This document shows positions 1-11,306 of a stretch of DNA of 64,000 nucleotides, one piece after another. This DNA is from Squalus acanthias. Taxonomy: Eukaryota. Each line of letters begins with the position of its first letter. Within the stretch, counting starts at the first letter, position 1. The stretch lies in assembly GCA_030390025.1 (NCBI GenBank), contig CM059432.1, positions 29,080,001 to 29,144,000 of the forward strand, read 5' to 3'. The notes beneath the pieces were generated by a model, which saw nothing but the letters and a program-made list of their open reading frames with translations, was not told the DNA's origin and made no database searches. The translations under genes were made by a program, and so were the position numbers.

Positions 1-878
1 ACACCTCAATCAAATCACCCCTCAACCTCCTTTGCTCCAATGAAAACAAATCCAGCTTCTCCAACCTGTCCTTGTAGCTAAGATCCCCCATACCCGGAAC
101 CATTCTGGTAAATCTCCTCTGCACCCTCTCAAGTGCCTTCACATCCTTCCTAAAGTGTGGTGACCAGAACTGGATACAATACTCCAGTTGTGGCCTAACC
201 AGCGCTTTATAAAGGTTCAGCATAACTTCTCTACTTTTGTACCCAATACCTCTATTTATGAAGCCCAAGATCCCATCTGCTTTGCTAACCACTCTCTCAA
301 TATGTCCTGCCACCTTCAGGGACCTATGCACATTAACTCCCAGGTCCCTCTGTCCCTGCACACTCTTTAAAACTGTGCCATTAAGTGTATATTGCCTCTC
401 CCTGTTCCTTCTGCCAAAATGCATCACCTCACACTTCTCTGTATTAAATTCCATCTGCCACTTGTCTGCCCATTCTGCTAGCCTTTCTATGTCCTGTTGC
501 AGTCGATTGGTATCATCCTCAATGTTTGACACATCCCCAAGTTTGGTTTCATCGGCAAATTTAGAAATTCTACTCTATATTCCAATATCCAGGTCATTTA
601 TATATATCAAAAAAAGCAGTGGCCCCAGCACTGACCCTTCGGGGACACCACTGTCTACTATCCTCCAGTCTGAAAAACAGCCATTTACCACAACTCACTG
701 TTTTCTGTCCTTAAGCCAATTCCTTATCCAAGTTGCCACTGACCCACCTATTCCATGAGCCTCAAATTTGTTAACCAGCCTTCTATGTGGTACTTTGTCA
801 AATGCCTTCCTAAAATCCATGTAGACAACATCCATTGCCTTCCCTTCATCAATCCTCCCTGTTACTTCATCAAAAAAT
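1..878 (-). mobile_element. CR1 LINE ORF2 (RT/C-terminal) fragment, runs off the window start
   Basis: Minus strand gives CR1 motifs (GVP.GSVLGP, KFADETKLG, LDLFSLEQRRLRGDLIEV) matching other CR1 copies in the window; decayed. Confidence 0.9.
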
Positions 879-893
879 AAGCCACGTTTCCGT

Positions 894-1498
894 TGTAAGG
901 GTAAAATTAATTGTAATAATGTAAGGGCAAATCAGTTGTAATGCTTAAAGTTAGTTGGACTGCTTAAAAGACTAGAGTAAAGGTCAAAGTATCTCCCGAA
1001 GGCCACAAGCCAATGGAGACAGGGGTATAATTAAATAAGAACCTGCTTGCTTGGTCTGCGGTATAGATAATGCAGACACTGCAGAACAAAACGTGAATCA
1101 TTGTTGTCTATAATAAACTAACCTCGAATGGTGTCCAATCACTAACAGACAACTCAGGTTGACCGAAGCTATGATGGAGCAAGAATAAACCTTGCAGCCC
1201 AGATGGCTAACCACCATTAGACAAAAGCAGAACTAGAGGATGGGTTTCGCTAACATTGTAAGATTCTAATCAGGGTGTTTTTAGAGACCCGACTAAGGGT
1301 CGCTCATGATGTAATAACTGCTGATGTTTGTACTTTCTGGCTTCTTGAAGTGTATAAAGAAGCTGGGCTGCTACTATTAAATTGAGAAGCTGGTCACTAG
1401 ACCGCATGGGCAATGACTCTTCTCCCAATGTGCTTTGAATAATAAACTGTGATCTTTTGCTTTGAGACAGCCTCGAGTGAATTAATTTTTTACCAACA
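894..1498 (+). mobile_element. Solo LTR, 605 bp (Gypsy or ERV type)
   Basis: TGTAAG...CCAACA termini; perfect 4-bp TSD CCGT (890-893 and 1499-1502); TATAAA near 1354; AATAAA at 1441. Confidence 0.85.
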
Positions 1499-1743
1499 CC
1501 GTTATTGCCACAACATCATATTGCCACACGACTAATTGTGCTTGCAGCTCACCAAGTGTAGAATGGAAAACTGTCACTACCACATTGGGATGAGAAGCAG
1601 AAATAAAATCAACTAAAACTGATAATCAACAGCCTCCACCCCCCAAATTCACTGACCAGATTGAGGGGCAAGACTTCATTATCACAAATAATGATGAAGC
1701 CCCTCAAAGAGATGGATGACAAGGATCTCATGTTATACTGCAC

Positions 1744-1943
1744 TGTGGAAATTGCTACCACATGGAGCAGTTGAGGTGAATAGCATAGATATATTTAAGG
1801 GGAAGCTAGATAAGTACATGAGAGAGAAAGAAATTTAAGGATATGCTGATAGGGTTTGATGAAGTAGGGTGGGAGGAGGATCGTGTGGAGCATGAACACT
1901 GACATAGACCAGCTGGGCCAAATGGCTGTAAATTCTATGTAAT
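1744..1943 (+). mobile_element. CR1 3' end fragment
   Basis: FKGKLDKYMRE-like coding end, 3' UTR and ATTCTATGT tail; same subfamily as 3388-5208. Confidence 0.8.
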
Positions 1944-1953
1944 ATACAATACT

Positions 1954-2808
1954 GTGGTAGCACTTTTACATCTGACTCAGAAAGTCAGGGGTTCAAGTCC
2001 CAGCTCAAGATTTGAGTATAATGGCCCAGAAATTCGGGTTGGAGGCTTCCCGCGGGCGCAAGCCCCCGACCTGCACTTACCTAGCGCGCCTGCCGTTGTG
2101 CTGTGGGCCCGCGTGAGATTCCGATCCTGGGCCTCCTCCAGCTGCCGGTGTGCAGTGCTCGCGTATTCCAGTGGCGAAGCTAGTTCGCAGCGTCCCCTGG
2201 GATCACGTGGGCCATGGGGAGCCTATCAGAGCAGGGAAACCTGTCAAATCTATGAATAGAGATCGGCCCCAAAACCTAAGTAAAACTTCAAATAAATTAA
2301 AAAAAAAAAAAAATCACATGTTTAAAATAACTATAAATTACATAAATTAACTATTTTAAACAAAAATTTAAATTTTTGAAAAAATTAATTAAAGTTTTTA
2401 ACAGGGCTAAAAATAAACTTACCTTTCTTTAAAGTATTTAAAAATGATAAACCTGTGGAAAAAATGTTTCAATTTTACTTAATTCACCTCTTACCTTGTT
2501 AAAAGCAGGCCTTGCGCCTGCTTTTTCCACGCACAGCTGCGAGGGACTTACCCGCACGGAGAAACCTGTACAAAAAGCGGAAGTTCCATGTCTACGCGCT
2601 GCCTCTCCGGCACACGCGTTTGACCTGTGAACGCCTTCCTTCAAGGGAACGGAAGTTCCGGTTTCCAGCGCATGCGCAGTGCATGTGCGAAACCGGCACT
2701 TTTGTTGGCCTTACAGGTGAGTAGACAGCGCGTACTCACCCGTGGGGACCCGAATTTCTGGGCCATTTTCTAGGCTGACACTCCAGTGCAGTACTGATGG
2801 AGTACTGG
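1954..2808 (+). mobile_element. 5' part of a tRNA-headed Deu-domain-type SINE, split by a MITE
   Basis: Head GTGGTAGCAC...GGTTCAAGTCCC (B-box-like); resumes after 2767 as CTAGGCTGACACTCCAGTGCAGTACTGA; matches copies at 31165 and 60850. Confidence 0.7.
2023..2764. mobile_element. MITE family A (Harbinger-like), copy 1
   Basis: 16-bp TIR GGCCCAGAAATTCGGG / CCCGAATTTCTGGGCC; flanks AAT / ATT; GC-rich arms around an AT-rich core; homologous to 4180-4921 and 10480-11243. Confidence 0.85.
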
Positions 2809-2929
2809 TCTGTTTCTGTGCTGTAAATTCTATATAAAGAGCCAAGGCCAATAGTACAGGACACCATCAAAGTTGACAAGAATAAAAGTGGAGATTAAGT
2901 AAATCAGGAAGCAGTGATTAGGTGGCACT

Positions 2930-3215
2930 TTGGTTTTGAAACCTTGAAGATTGCAGAAGAAAAGGAAAGACCAAGGGAAGTAAAAGTTCCAAAGTTTTAA
3001 GATCCTGGGAAAGAATGAGACAGAGTAGAAGATTGTGTTATGAGTCTTGATTTCTATACAATAAGGATGTGGGAAGAAGGAGGCATCTGTCAGACACTAT
3101 CTTTTCATTGAGAAGAAATAAAAAGGGAAGGTTCAGCGAGGCATTGACCATAAAAGTATCAATAGAACAGAAAAAGAGAAGAAATGTTGCGATGGATTCA
3201 ATGTACAGTATGCAA
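2930..3215 (-). mobile_element. Very old LINE 3' remnant (CR1/Crack-like)
   Basis: Minus strand gives SFFPRI..LWNF and HRNISSLFLFY, resembling the HRR.VASL..FY and SFFPRT..LWN.LP C-terminal motifs. Confidence 0.45.
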
Positions 3216-3387
3216 ACAATGTTGAACTGAGACAATATACTTTATAATATGCATCTTACTGAGAGTTACTAGAAAAATTATTCTAAGGAAGTTTATAAAA
3301 ATGGAAACTACCATGGTACGGGGGATGTCTGAGTGGCTACATTGTTGATTTGAGGATTAAGATTTCTAATTACAGATGACTATCATT

Positions 3388-5208
3388 GAATTACATAGAA
3401 TATACAGCACAGAAACAGGCCATTTGGCCCAACCAGTCCATGCCGGCGTTTATACTCCACTCGAGCCTCCTCCCATCCTTCCTCATCTAACTCTATCAGC
3501 ATAACCCTCGATTCCCTTCTCCCTCACATGCTTATCAAGCTTCCCCTTAAATGCATCTATACTATTCACATCAACCACTCCCTGTGATAGCGAGTTCCAC
3601 ATTCTCACCACTCTCTGGGTAGAGATATTTCTTCTGAATTCCCTATTTGATTTCTTGGTGACTATCTTATATTGATGACCTTTAGTTTTGCTCTTCCCCA
3701 CAAGTGGAAACATTCTCTCTGTATCCACTCTATCAAAACCTTTCATAATTTTAAAGACCTCTATTAGGTCACCCCTCAGCCTTCTCTTTTCAAGAGAAAA
3801 GAGACCCAGCCTGTTCATCCTTTCTTGATAGGTATAATCTTGCAGTTCTGGTATTATCCTTGTAAATCTTTTTTTCACCCACTCTAGTGCCTCTATATCC
3901 TTTTTATAATATGGCAACCAGAACTGCACACAGTACTCCAAGTGTGGTCTAGCCAAGGTTCGATACAAGTTTAGCATAACTTCCCTTCTTTTCAATTCTA
4001 TCCCTCTAGAAATAAACCCAAGTGCTTGGTTTGCTTTTGTTATGGCCTTATTGACCTGCGTCGCAACTTTTATTGATTTGTGTATTTGTACGCCCAGATC
4101 GCTTTGCTCCTCTACACCATTTAGATTCATATTTTCCAAGTAATATGTGACCTCCTTATTTTTCTTCCTAAAATATATTGGCCCAGAAATTGATCTCGCT
4201 CTGTTCCCGCGGGGGTAAGGCTTCCCCGCGATCTCTCACTCCGCGTTGGCTTTTTCAGATCCAGCTCGCACGAACTTGATGTTCCAGACATCAGCTGGGC
4301 AGTGCTTGCGTATCCCACCGGCGTAGTGAATTCGTGCGAGCTGTGGGATCACGTGACTCAGTTAGAGCCAATGGCAGCACACCATCTTCCATTCATAAGT
4401 TTCACATACGTGCTGTGAAATCTATGAATCTTACACACCCCAAAATAACAGCTAAACCTCAATTAAATTTTAAAAAAAACCATCACATTAATAAAATAAG
4501 TATAGTTAAATAAATTAACCATTTTAAATAAAAAATTAAATTTTTGAAAAAATTTAAAATCTTTTAAAAAGTTATAAAAATAAACTTACCTGTCTTTAAA
4601 GTCTCTAAAAAAGATATACCTGTTAAAAAAAATTCAAAAAAATACTTAATTCACTACTTACCTTGTTAAAAGTGGGTCTTACTCCTCCTTTTTCCATTTC
4701 TAAAATCTTCCGTCCTTACCTGCGCGTCCAAAGCACGAAGTGCACAGCGTGCGCGCAGCCTGTAGCGCGCACGCGATGCACCGAGGAACCACCCCCTTTT
4801 CAAAAGACCAAGTGCCGGTTTTCAGCGCATGCGCAGGGCATGCAGAAAACCGGCAATTGGAGAGAGAATACGCGAGAGTACGCAGTGCGTACTCTCGCGC
4901 AGCGGGATGAATTTTTGGCCCATTACCTCACACTTCTGTATGTTGAAATTTATTTGCCAATGATATGCCCATTCTTCAAGTTTTGAAGTTTTCTTGTAAT
5001 TTGTTGCAGTGCTCCTTAGTGTTGACTATCCCTCCCAATTTGGTGTTGTCTTCAAATTTAAAAATTGTATTTTTGATCCAAAATCTAAATCGTTAATATA
5101 AATTGTGAACAACAGTTGTCCCAGCACTGATCCTTGTGAGACCCCACTTTTCACCTTCTGCCACTCTGAATAGCTACCCTTTACCCCCTACTCTCTGCTT
5201 TCTGTCTT
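3388..5208 (-). mobile_element. CR1 LINE 3' part, interrupted by a family A MITE
   Basis: ORF 3483-4139 (RPHLEYCVQFW, RRLRGDLIEVFKI); 3' UTR and tail at 3388-3480; host sequence rejoins across 4180-4921. Confidence 0.92.
4180..4921. mobile_element. MITE family A, copy 2
   Basis: TIR GGCCCAGAAATT / AATTTTTGGCCC; TSD ATT (4177-4179 and 4922-4924); the host CR1 is contiguous once the insert is removed. Confidence 0.85.
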
Positions 5209-5464
5209 TCCAATAGATGTATGGCAGGGTGCGCTTGAGTGGGGTTGGAAAGTGCTTTTACATGTTGCATTGAAAAGTGATTAACTCAATGGAAAAATGA
5301 AAATAAAATCCCCAAAGACATACCTTTTGCCCAGCTCAAACAAGTCACCAATGTACGCTCATCAGATAATATCCAAGAGATCACTTGCCAAGTGCAGGAA
5401 CAAGCTATCAGCCAAGATGATACTCTATTTTTTTCTAACTGATTTATGAGCTTACCAGCTGTAA

Positions 5465-5680
5465 TTGGATATCATTTCCTTGGATTTTGATGAAGTTTCA
5501 CATATCAGCCTTTTAAAGAATATCATGGCTCATATAATTAATAGCAAGTTAGCCAGTTGGGTCCGAAAAGTGTTTTAGCAGTAGGAAGCTGAAGGTGATG
5601 ACAAATCAAAGAAGGGTCACTCCGGTGGAGAATGACTTGCACAGTTCTGGATCGCTTACTGTTTACATTATTGATCAAAG
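5465..5680 (+). mobile_element. Highly decayed CR1 RT remnant
   Basis: GATATCATTTCCTTGGATTTTGATGAAGTTTCACAT resembles the D.IYLDF...FDKVPH region. Confidence 0.4.
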
Positions 5681-6688
5681 ATAATGTGCAGGAGAGTACA
5701 TCATGTATTGATGGGTTTCTGCACTTGTCAGAAACCCGGCTAACAAAAATAAACAAATTGGAGCTTTACCTTTCTGGAGGTTTTCATTCTGATTAGTTAT
5801 CTTAATGAGGAATTCAGTCCACAATTGTGCGCAGGTTGTGGAGGGAAGAAATTTGCTGGATCAAATGGCCTTTTCTCATTTATAATTGAAGTCCTTATGT
5901 TCTTGTGACTTATTGCAATATTGGAGGAATAAATCAGCAGCAACAGAAATAACAGTTTAATATAAGGTTTCTTGGGGACTTGAGACAAAGAAACTCTTCC
6001 TCCCTACTTGGCAAGAATTGCTTGACAAAACTTCTAGGTGGTCTTTTCTTTGTTAATGTATCCTTTCTACCTTGAATTGTTCATGAATAGAGTGATCTTG
6101 CTTTGTCAATGTGTCCTGTTTAACTTGACCTGAATATTCAAGACCTTTGAGGTTGCATTGGACCACCGGCAATAAGTGTTTAACGGTTTCCATACTGTTA
6201 ACCTAAATTGAATCATGCTTTGTGCTCAATTGGAGACATCTTGCATACCTGCTGGGACATGTATATGGTGAGCAGTAAGTGCCAAAGCATCTCGCACAAG
6301 TTGAAATATTAAATACCCACCCTGTATATCTCAAGCAAGTGAACGGTTTCTGAGGTTATGTTGTGGAACAAATGGTTCATCTTTGGATTTGAAAATAATT
6401 ACAAAGCCGCTCCCCCACTGCCTCGTTGAAAAATGACAATGATTTATTTGGAATGAAAATGTTGAAGCAGCAACTACAGCAAACATCTATAACAGCACTG
6501 ACTTTTGGTTTTTTTCAATAGCTGGCTATCCCTTCACTATGGACATGAAAACTAGTGGTATTGGTGCAGTGTTATTCCAAGGCAAAATTAACTATTGTAG
6601 CAGGGCACCCAATAATTTGGTAAGACATTACTTTGTTACTATGGGAGAATTGGTGGTAGTTTGTGTATGTAGTAGATCACTTCCATTT

Positions 6689-7690
6689 TTGGCGACATCA
6701 TTCGAAAATACAGCGTCAGTTTCCACATGTACGCTGACGACACCCAGCTCTACCTCACTGTCACTTCCCTCGACCCCTCCACGGTCTCTAAATTGTCAGG
6801 CTGCTTGTCCGACATCCAGTTCTAGATGAGCAGAAATTTTCTCCAATTAAATATTGGGAAGACTGAAGCCATTGTTTTCGGTCCCCGCCACAAACTCTGT
6901 TCCCTAGCCACTGACTCCATCCCTCTCCCTAACATCTGTCTGAGGCTGAACCGCACTATTCGCAACCCTTGTGTCATATTTGACCCTGAAATGAGCTTCC
7001 CACCACATATCCGCAGCATAACAAAGACCGCCTATTTCCACCTCCGTAACATTGCCCATCTCCGCCTCTGCCTCAGCTCATCCGCTGCTGAAACCCTCAT
7101 TCATGCCTTTGTTACCTCTAGACTTCACTATTCCAATGAACTCCTGGCTGACATCCCACATTCTACCTTACGTAAACTTGAGGTGATCCAAAACTCAGCT
7201 GCCTGTGTCCTAACTCGCACAAAGTCCCGTTCACCCATCACCCCTGTGCTCGCTGACCTACATTGGCTCCCGGTTAAGCAACACCTCGATTTCAAAATTC
7301 TCATCCTTGTTTTCAAATCCCTCCATGGCCTCGCCCTCCCTATCTCTGTAATCTCCTCCAGCCCCACAACCCCCTGAGATATCTGCGCTCCTCTAATTCT
7401 GCCCTCTTGAACATCCTTGATTATAATCACTCAACCATTGGTGGCTGTGCCTTCTGTTGCCTAGGCCCTAAGCTCTGGAATCCCTGCCTAAACCTCTCCA
7501 CCTCACTACCTCTCTTTCCTCCTTTAAGATGATCCTTAAAACCTTGCTCTTTGACTAAGCTTTTGGTCACCTGCCCTAATTTCTCCTTATGTGTCAAATA
7601 TTTTGTCTTATAATACTCCTCTGAAGCGCCTTGGGACATTTTACTACATTAAAGGCGCTATATAAATACAAATTGTTGTTGTTGTTGTTA
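6689..7690 (+). mobile_element. L2 LINE 3' fragment
   Basis: FHMYADDTQLYL, FLQLNIGKTEAI, IHAFVTSRL, ITPVLADLHWLPV; ends AAAGGCGCTATATAAATAC plus a (TTG)n tail. Confidence 0.92.
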
Positions 7691-7710
7691 CTTTCGTAAG
7701 GAGAGATTTA

Positions 7711-8421
7711 GGGGGAAAAATTGAGTCGCACCCCCTTTGGAGTGCTAACTTCGCTACTTTTAGCGCCACGGCTGAAATTGAATGGTAGCGCCCCAAGAGG
7801 GAAGCAGGGCGCTACTGGAAGTGCCCCGCCTCCCTCTTGGGGCGCTGTGAGGGAATATCGCGGTGCTACGTGCCACGGTACTGCAGGCCTTCCTCCCCTT
7901 CTTAAAGGGGAGGGGCCTTGCACAGCACGACCCGGGGCCCAGCTGGGCCACCAGGGATCGGAGTGCTGGCAAAAGAGCCCGGCACTTAAGACAAGTGCCA
8001 GGCTCACGGAGCGCAGCCGGCACTCCGCGGGTGGGGGGGGGGGGCGGCTGCTCAGAATGCCGGGGACGGCAAAGCGGGCAGGTGCTGGCAGGTGGCCAGC
8101 AACAAAAATGGCCGCCCGGCACCTCGCGCCCCGGCCGCAGGTAGGCCCCCCTGACCCCGTCGGACATAGCGTCCGGCGGTAAGTCAGGGGGCGCTACCAA
8201 AGATCGCGGCTGGGGCGCGAGCAGGGTGCTGCGCACGGTGGTGAAGTCATCTACGGTGGCGCAGCGCTGCGGGGCACTAATGGTTACTGCCACCACTAAC
8301 CTCCTGCTGAATTTCGTGGGAGGCGTTGGTGGTGCCGCGCCCGGGCGCTAGTTGCTTTGCACACCGTTAGCGCCCTCTTAGGGCGCTAACCGGAGGCGCA
8401 AAGCAACCGAATTTTTCCCCC
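7711..8421. mobile_element. GC-rich MITE family B (Harbinger-like), copy 1
   Basis: TIR GGGGGAAAAATT / AATTTTTCCCCC; TSD TTA on both sides; five related copies in the window. Confidence 0.9.
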
Positions 8422-9012
8422 TTACAATCCAGATTGACGTGGCTCCATTTTGCAGTGGCTCCTGGCCTTCTGTAAACAATGGGGGCTAATAGGGTTAGGA
8501 TTAAGATTGGGGTTAGATCTGCAGAATTCTCTCTCCAGAATGGCGATGCTTGGAGATTGAATGTAAATATTAATGCGAAGCGGTTGAAAATGAGTTGCTA
8601 GCTGATTCCTCCCATTCACACAAGAGAGTGTGTCATTTTTCTAAGCTTGTTGGAGGAGACCATTCTGAAAGATGTGCAGGAACTGAATCACCACAGACAG
8701 ATATTGATGAACAGTGCTGAAATAAACTGTGATGTTGTTCGCCACCCTGTACTCTGTAAAAGGGTTACAAAATGTTCTTCACTTACCAGCAATCAGCTGC
8801 TTAGTTTAGTAATCTCCCCCAATCTATGCTCGTGCAAACAAGTGGTGAATGTGGCTGGCAATGCTGCTACAGGTATGTGAATGACCAAAAAAGCTTGGCC
8901 CCACTTGTTACCTTTTGGATGTTCCATAGATCTATTTGTCCAGTAACGGGATGTGAGAATCCTATTTAGCAGGCTGCAGAGAAAGTCTACCTCCCTACTT
9001 TTGTTTGCTCTC

Positions 9013-9120
9013 AGCATGCAGGCGATGCTGGCTCGTCCACATTTATTGCCCATCCCTTGTTGCTCTGAGAAGGTGGTGGTGCGTCACCTTGAACTGCTGC
9101 AGTCCTTGTGATGATGATGC
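9013..9120 (-). mobile_element. 3' end remnant of the divergent CR1-like LINE (family L-B)
   Basis: Reverse complement matches CACCACCTTCTCAAGGGCAATTAGGGATGGGCAATAAATG at 12343-12382. Confidence 0.75.
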
Positions 9121-9854
9121 TGCTGAATACAGGAAAAAGAGATGTGTATGGTCTGTTGGTTGTTTGCAGCAGTCTAATGCAGAGTTGCTGGTGTTTAAGT
9201 CTAACTTCCATTCCAGGAATCACTGTAGCCCTGCTCATTGCTTCTGCCTTTCAAATTCTCTTACAGTGTCATTGCCAACTTCAGCAAGCACAATTAGTGC
9301 ACAGTCAAACAAAAGATTATTATAATTTCATATGCTCACCAATGAAAGTGACAGTGGTTTACTTTAAATAGCAAATGAATTTAAATACTATTTTCATCCC
9401 ACTGTTGGCCCAAAGCCAATGCTGAAGTGAGAGTGGATTATGAAATCATTGTTTGTATTGCTACCAATAAAGGGAAGACTTACAGACAACTCTACAGGTT
9501 TGTGCAAAGCTACTGAACAACCTGTTGTTACACTGGGTAACTCTACAGCAGAACTTCTAATTGGTGAATCAAGCTTCCAATGATTACTGATCCAAAAAGT
9601 ACAATGGCCCTACACAAAACATCATGAGGCAAAAATAAACACAAAATTAAGTACAAACCACTATTTGGAGCTAAAAGCATCCAAGCTCAAAGAAGGTGAT
9701 GTAGATTTGGTTTGTCAAAGGAAGGAAACTATTCAGTTCAAAATAGAATATAGAATGGTCAGTATCAAAACCCTCATGATCACTTCTCAATGAACATGTA
9801 TATAGTAACCAGAAATTCACTGCACTTCAAAACTCCTTGAAAGCCAAGAGTATA

Positions 9855-9920
9855 GCTCCTCCAATGGCTCAGTGTAATACCGAGTTGTACAGACCAGCAA
9901 AGTCTTAGGTTTCATCTCTG
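9855..9920 (+). mobile_element. tRNA-like SINE head (family S3), truncated at a CR1 insertion
   Basis: TGGCTCAGTG...GTACAGACCAG...AGGTTTCATCTCTG; related minus-strand remnants near 30340-30556, 36170-36310 and 57250-57340. Confidence 0.5.
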
Positions 9921-10479
9921 ATCATAGAATCATAGAATAGTACAGAACAGAAGGAGACCATTCGGCCCATCGAGTCTGTGCCTGCTCTTTCAAAGAGCAA
10001 TCCAGTTAGTCTCACTCCCCTGCTCTTTCCCCATATTCCTGCATTTGTTTCCTTCAAGTATTTTTCCAAATACCTTTTGAAGGCTACTATTGAATCTGTT
10101 TCCACCACCCTATCAGGCAGTGCATTCCAAATCCTAACCACTCATTGCATAAAAAAGTTTTTCCTCATGTCGCCTCTGGTTCTTCTGCCAATCACCTTAA
10201 TTATGTGCCCTCTGGTTATCGATCCTTCAGCCATTGGAAACAGCTTCTCTTTATTTACTCTATCTAAATCCTTCATGATGTTAAACACCTCCATCAAATC
10301 TCCTCTTAGCCTTTTTTGCTCTAAGGAGAACAACCCCAGCTTCTCCAGTCTATCCACATAACTGTAATCCCTGGAACCATTCTAGTAAATCTCTTCTGTA
10401 CCCTCTCCAAAGCCTTCATATTTTCCGAAAATGTGTTGCCCAGAATTGGACACAATACTCCAGTTGGAGCTGAGCTAAT

Positions 10480-11243
10480 GGCCTAGAAATTCGGGTGGCC
10501 GGCTTGCCGCGGGGGTAAGGATCGCGCGCGATCTTACCTACCGCGCCTGCCATTGTGTTTCGGGCCCACAGGAACTTCGGGTCCTGGGCCTCTCCCTAGT
10601 GCCGGCGCACAGTGCTTGCGTGTCCCAGGGGCGCAGTTAGTGCGATGCGACTCCTGGGATCACGTGGGCCATGGAGAGCCAATGGCAGCAGACCATCTTT
10701 CATTCATAGATTTGACAGGAGACCTGTCAAATCTGTGAATTGAAATCGGCCCCAAAAGAACAGCTAAACCTCAAATAAATTTAAAAAAAAACCATCCCAT
10801 TAATAAAATAACTATAGTTAAATAAATTAACCACTTTAAACAAAAATTTAAATTTTTGAAAAAATTTAAATTCTTTTTAAAAGTTATAATAATAAACTTA
10901 CCTTTCTTTAAAGTCTCTAAAAAAGATAAAACTGTTGAAAAAAATTTAAAATTATACTTAATTAACTACTTACCTTGTTCAAAAGGGGTCTTACGCCTCC
11001 TTTTTACTTGTGTAGAATCTTCCATACTTACCCTCGCGTTGAAACCTGAAAAAAAACCTAAGTGTGCTGCGTGCACGCAGCCTCTAGTGCACACGCGCTT
11101 CACCTAGGAACCGCCCCCTTCGCCATACCGGAAGTGCCGGTTTCCCGCGCATGCGCAGTGCATGCAGGAAACCGGCACTTCGGAAACGAATACAGGTGAG
11201 TACGCAACGGGTACTCTCCCGTATTCGGCCGAATTTTTGGGCC
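10480..11243. mobile_element. MITE family A, copy 3
   Basis: TIR GGCCTAGAAATTCGG / CCGAATTTTTGGGCC; flanks AAT / ATT. Confidence 0.85.
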
Positions 11244-11306
11244 ATTGTTTTATATGAGTTTAGCATAACTTCCTCGCTTTTGTACTCTATACCTCTATTT
11301 ATAAAA

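Noticed and set aside
237..758. Long antisense ORFs over CR1 copies (also 26913-27194, 55948-56316, 63139-63648)
   Set aside because: Antisense shadow frames of CR1 ORF2, with no independent sign of coding function.
1954..2005. tRNA genes here and at 31165 and 33612
   Set aside because: These are degenerate tRNA-derived SINE heads that run into SINE bodies; no complete cloverleaf is evident.
7708..8296. Overlapping 90-180 aa ORFs here and at 31838-32507, 36600-37215, 40456-40986 and 50647-51111
   Set aside because: Stop-poor frames produced by very GC-rich MITE DNA; no domain motifs, and frames are not preserved between diverged copies.
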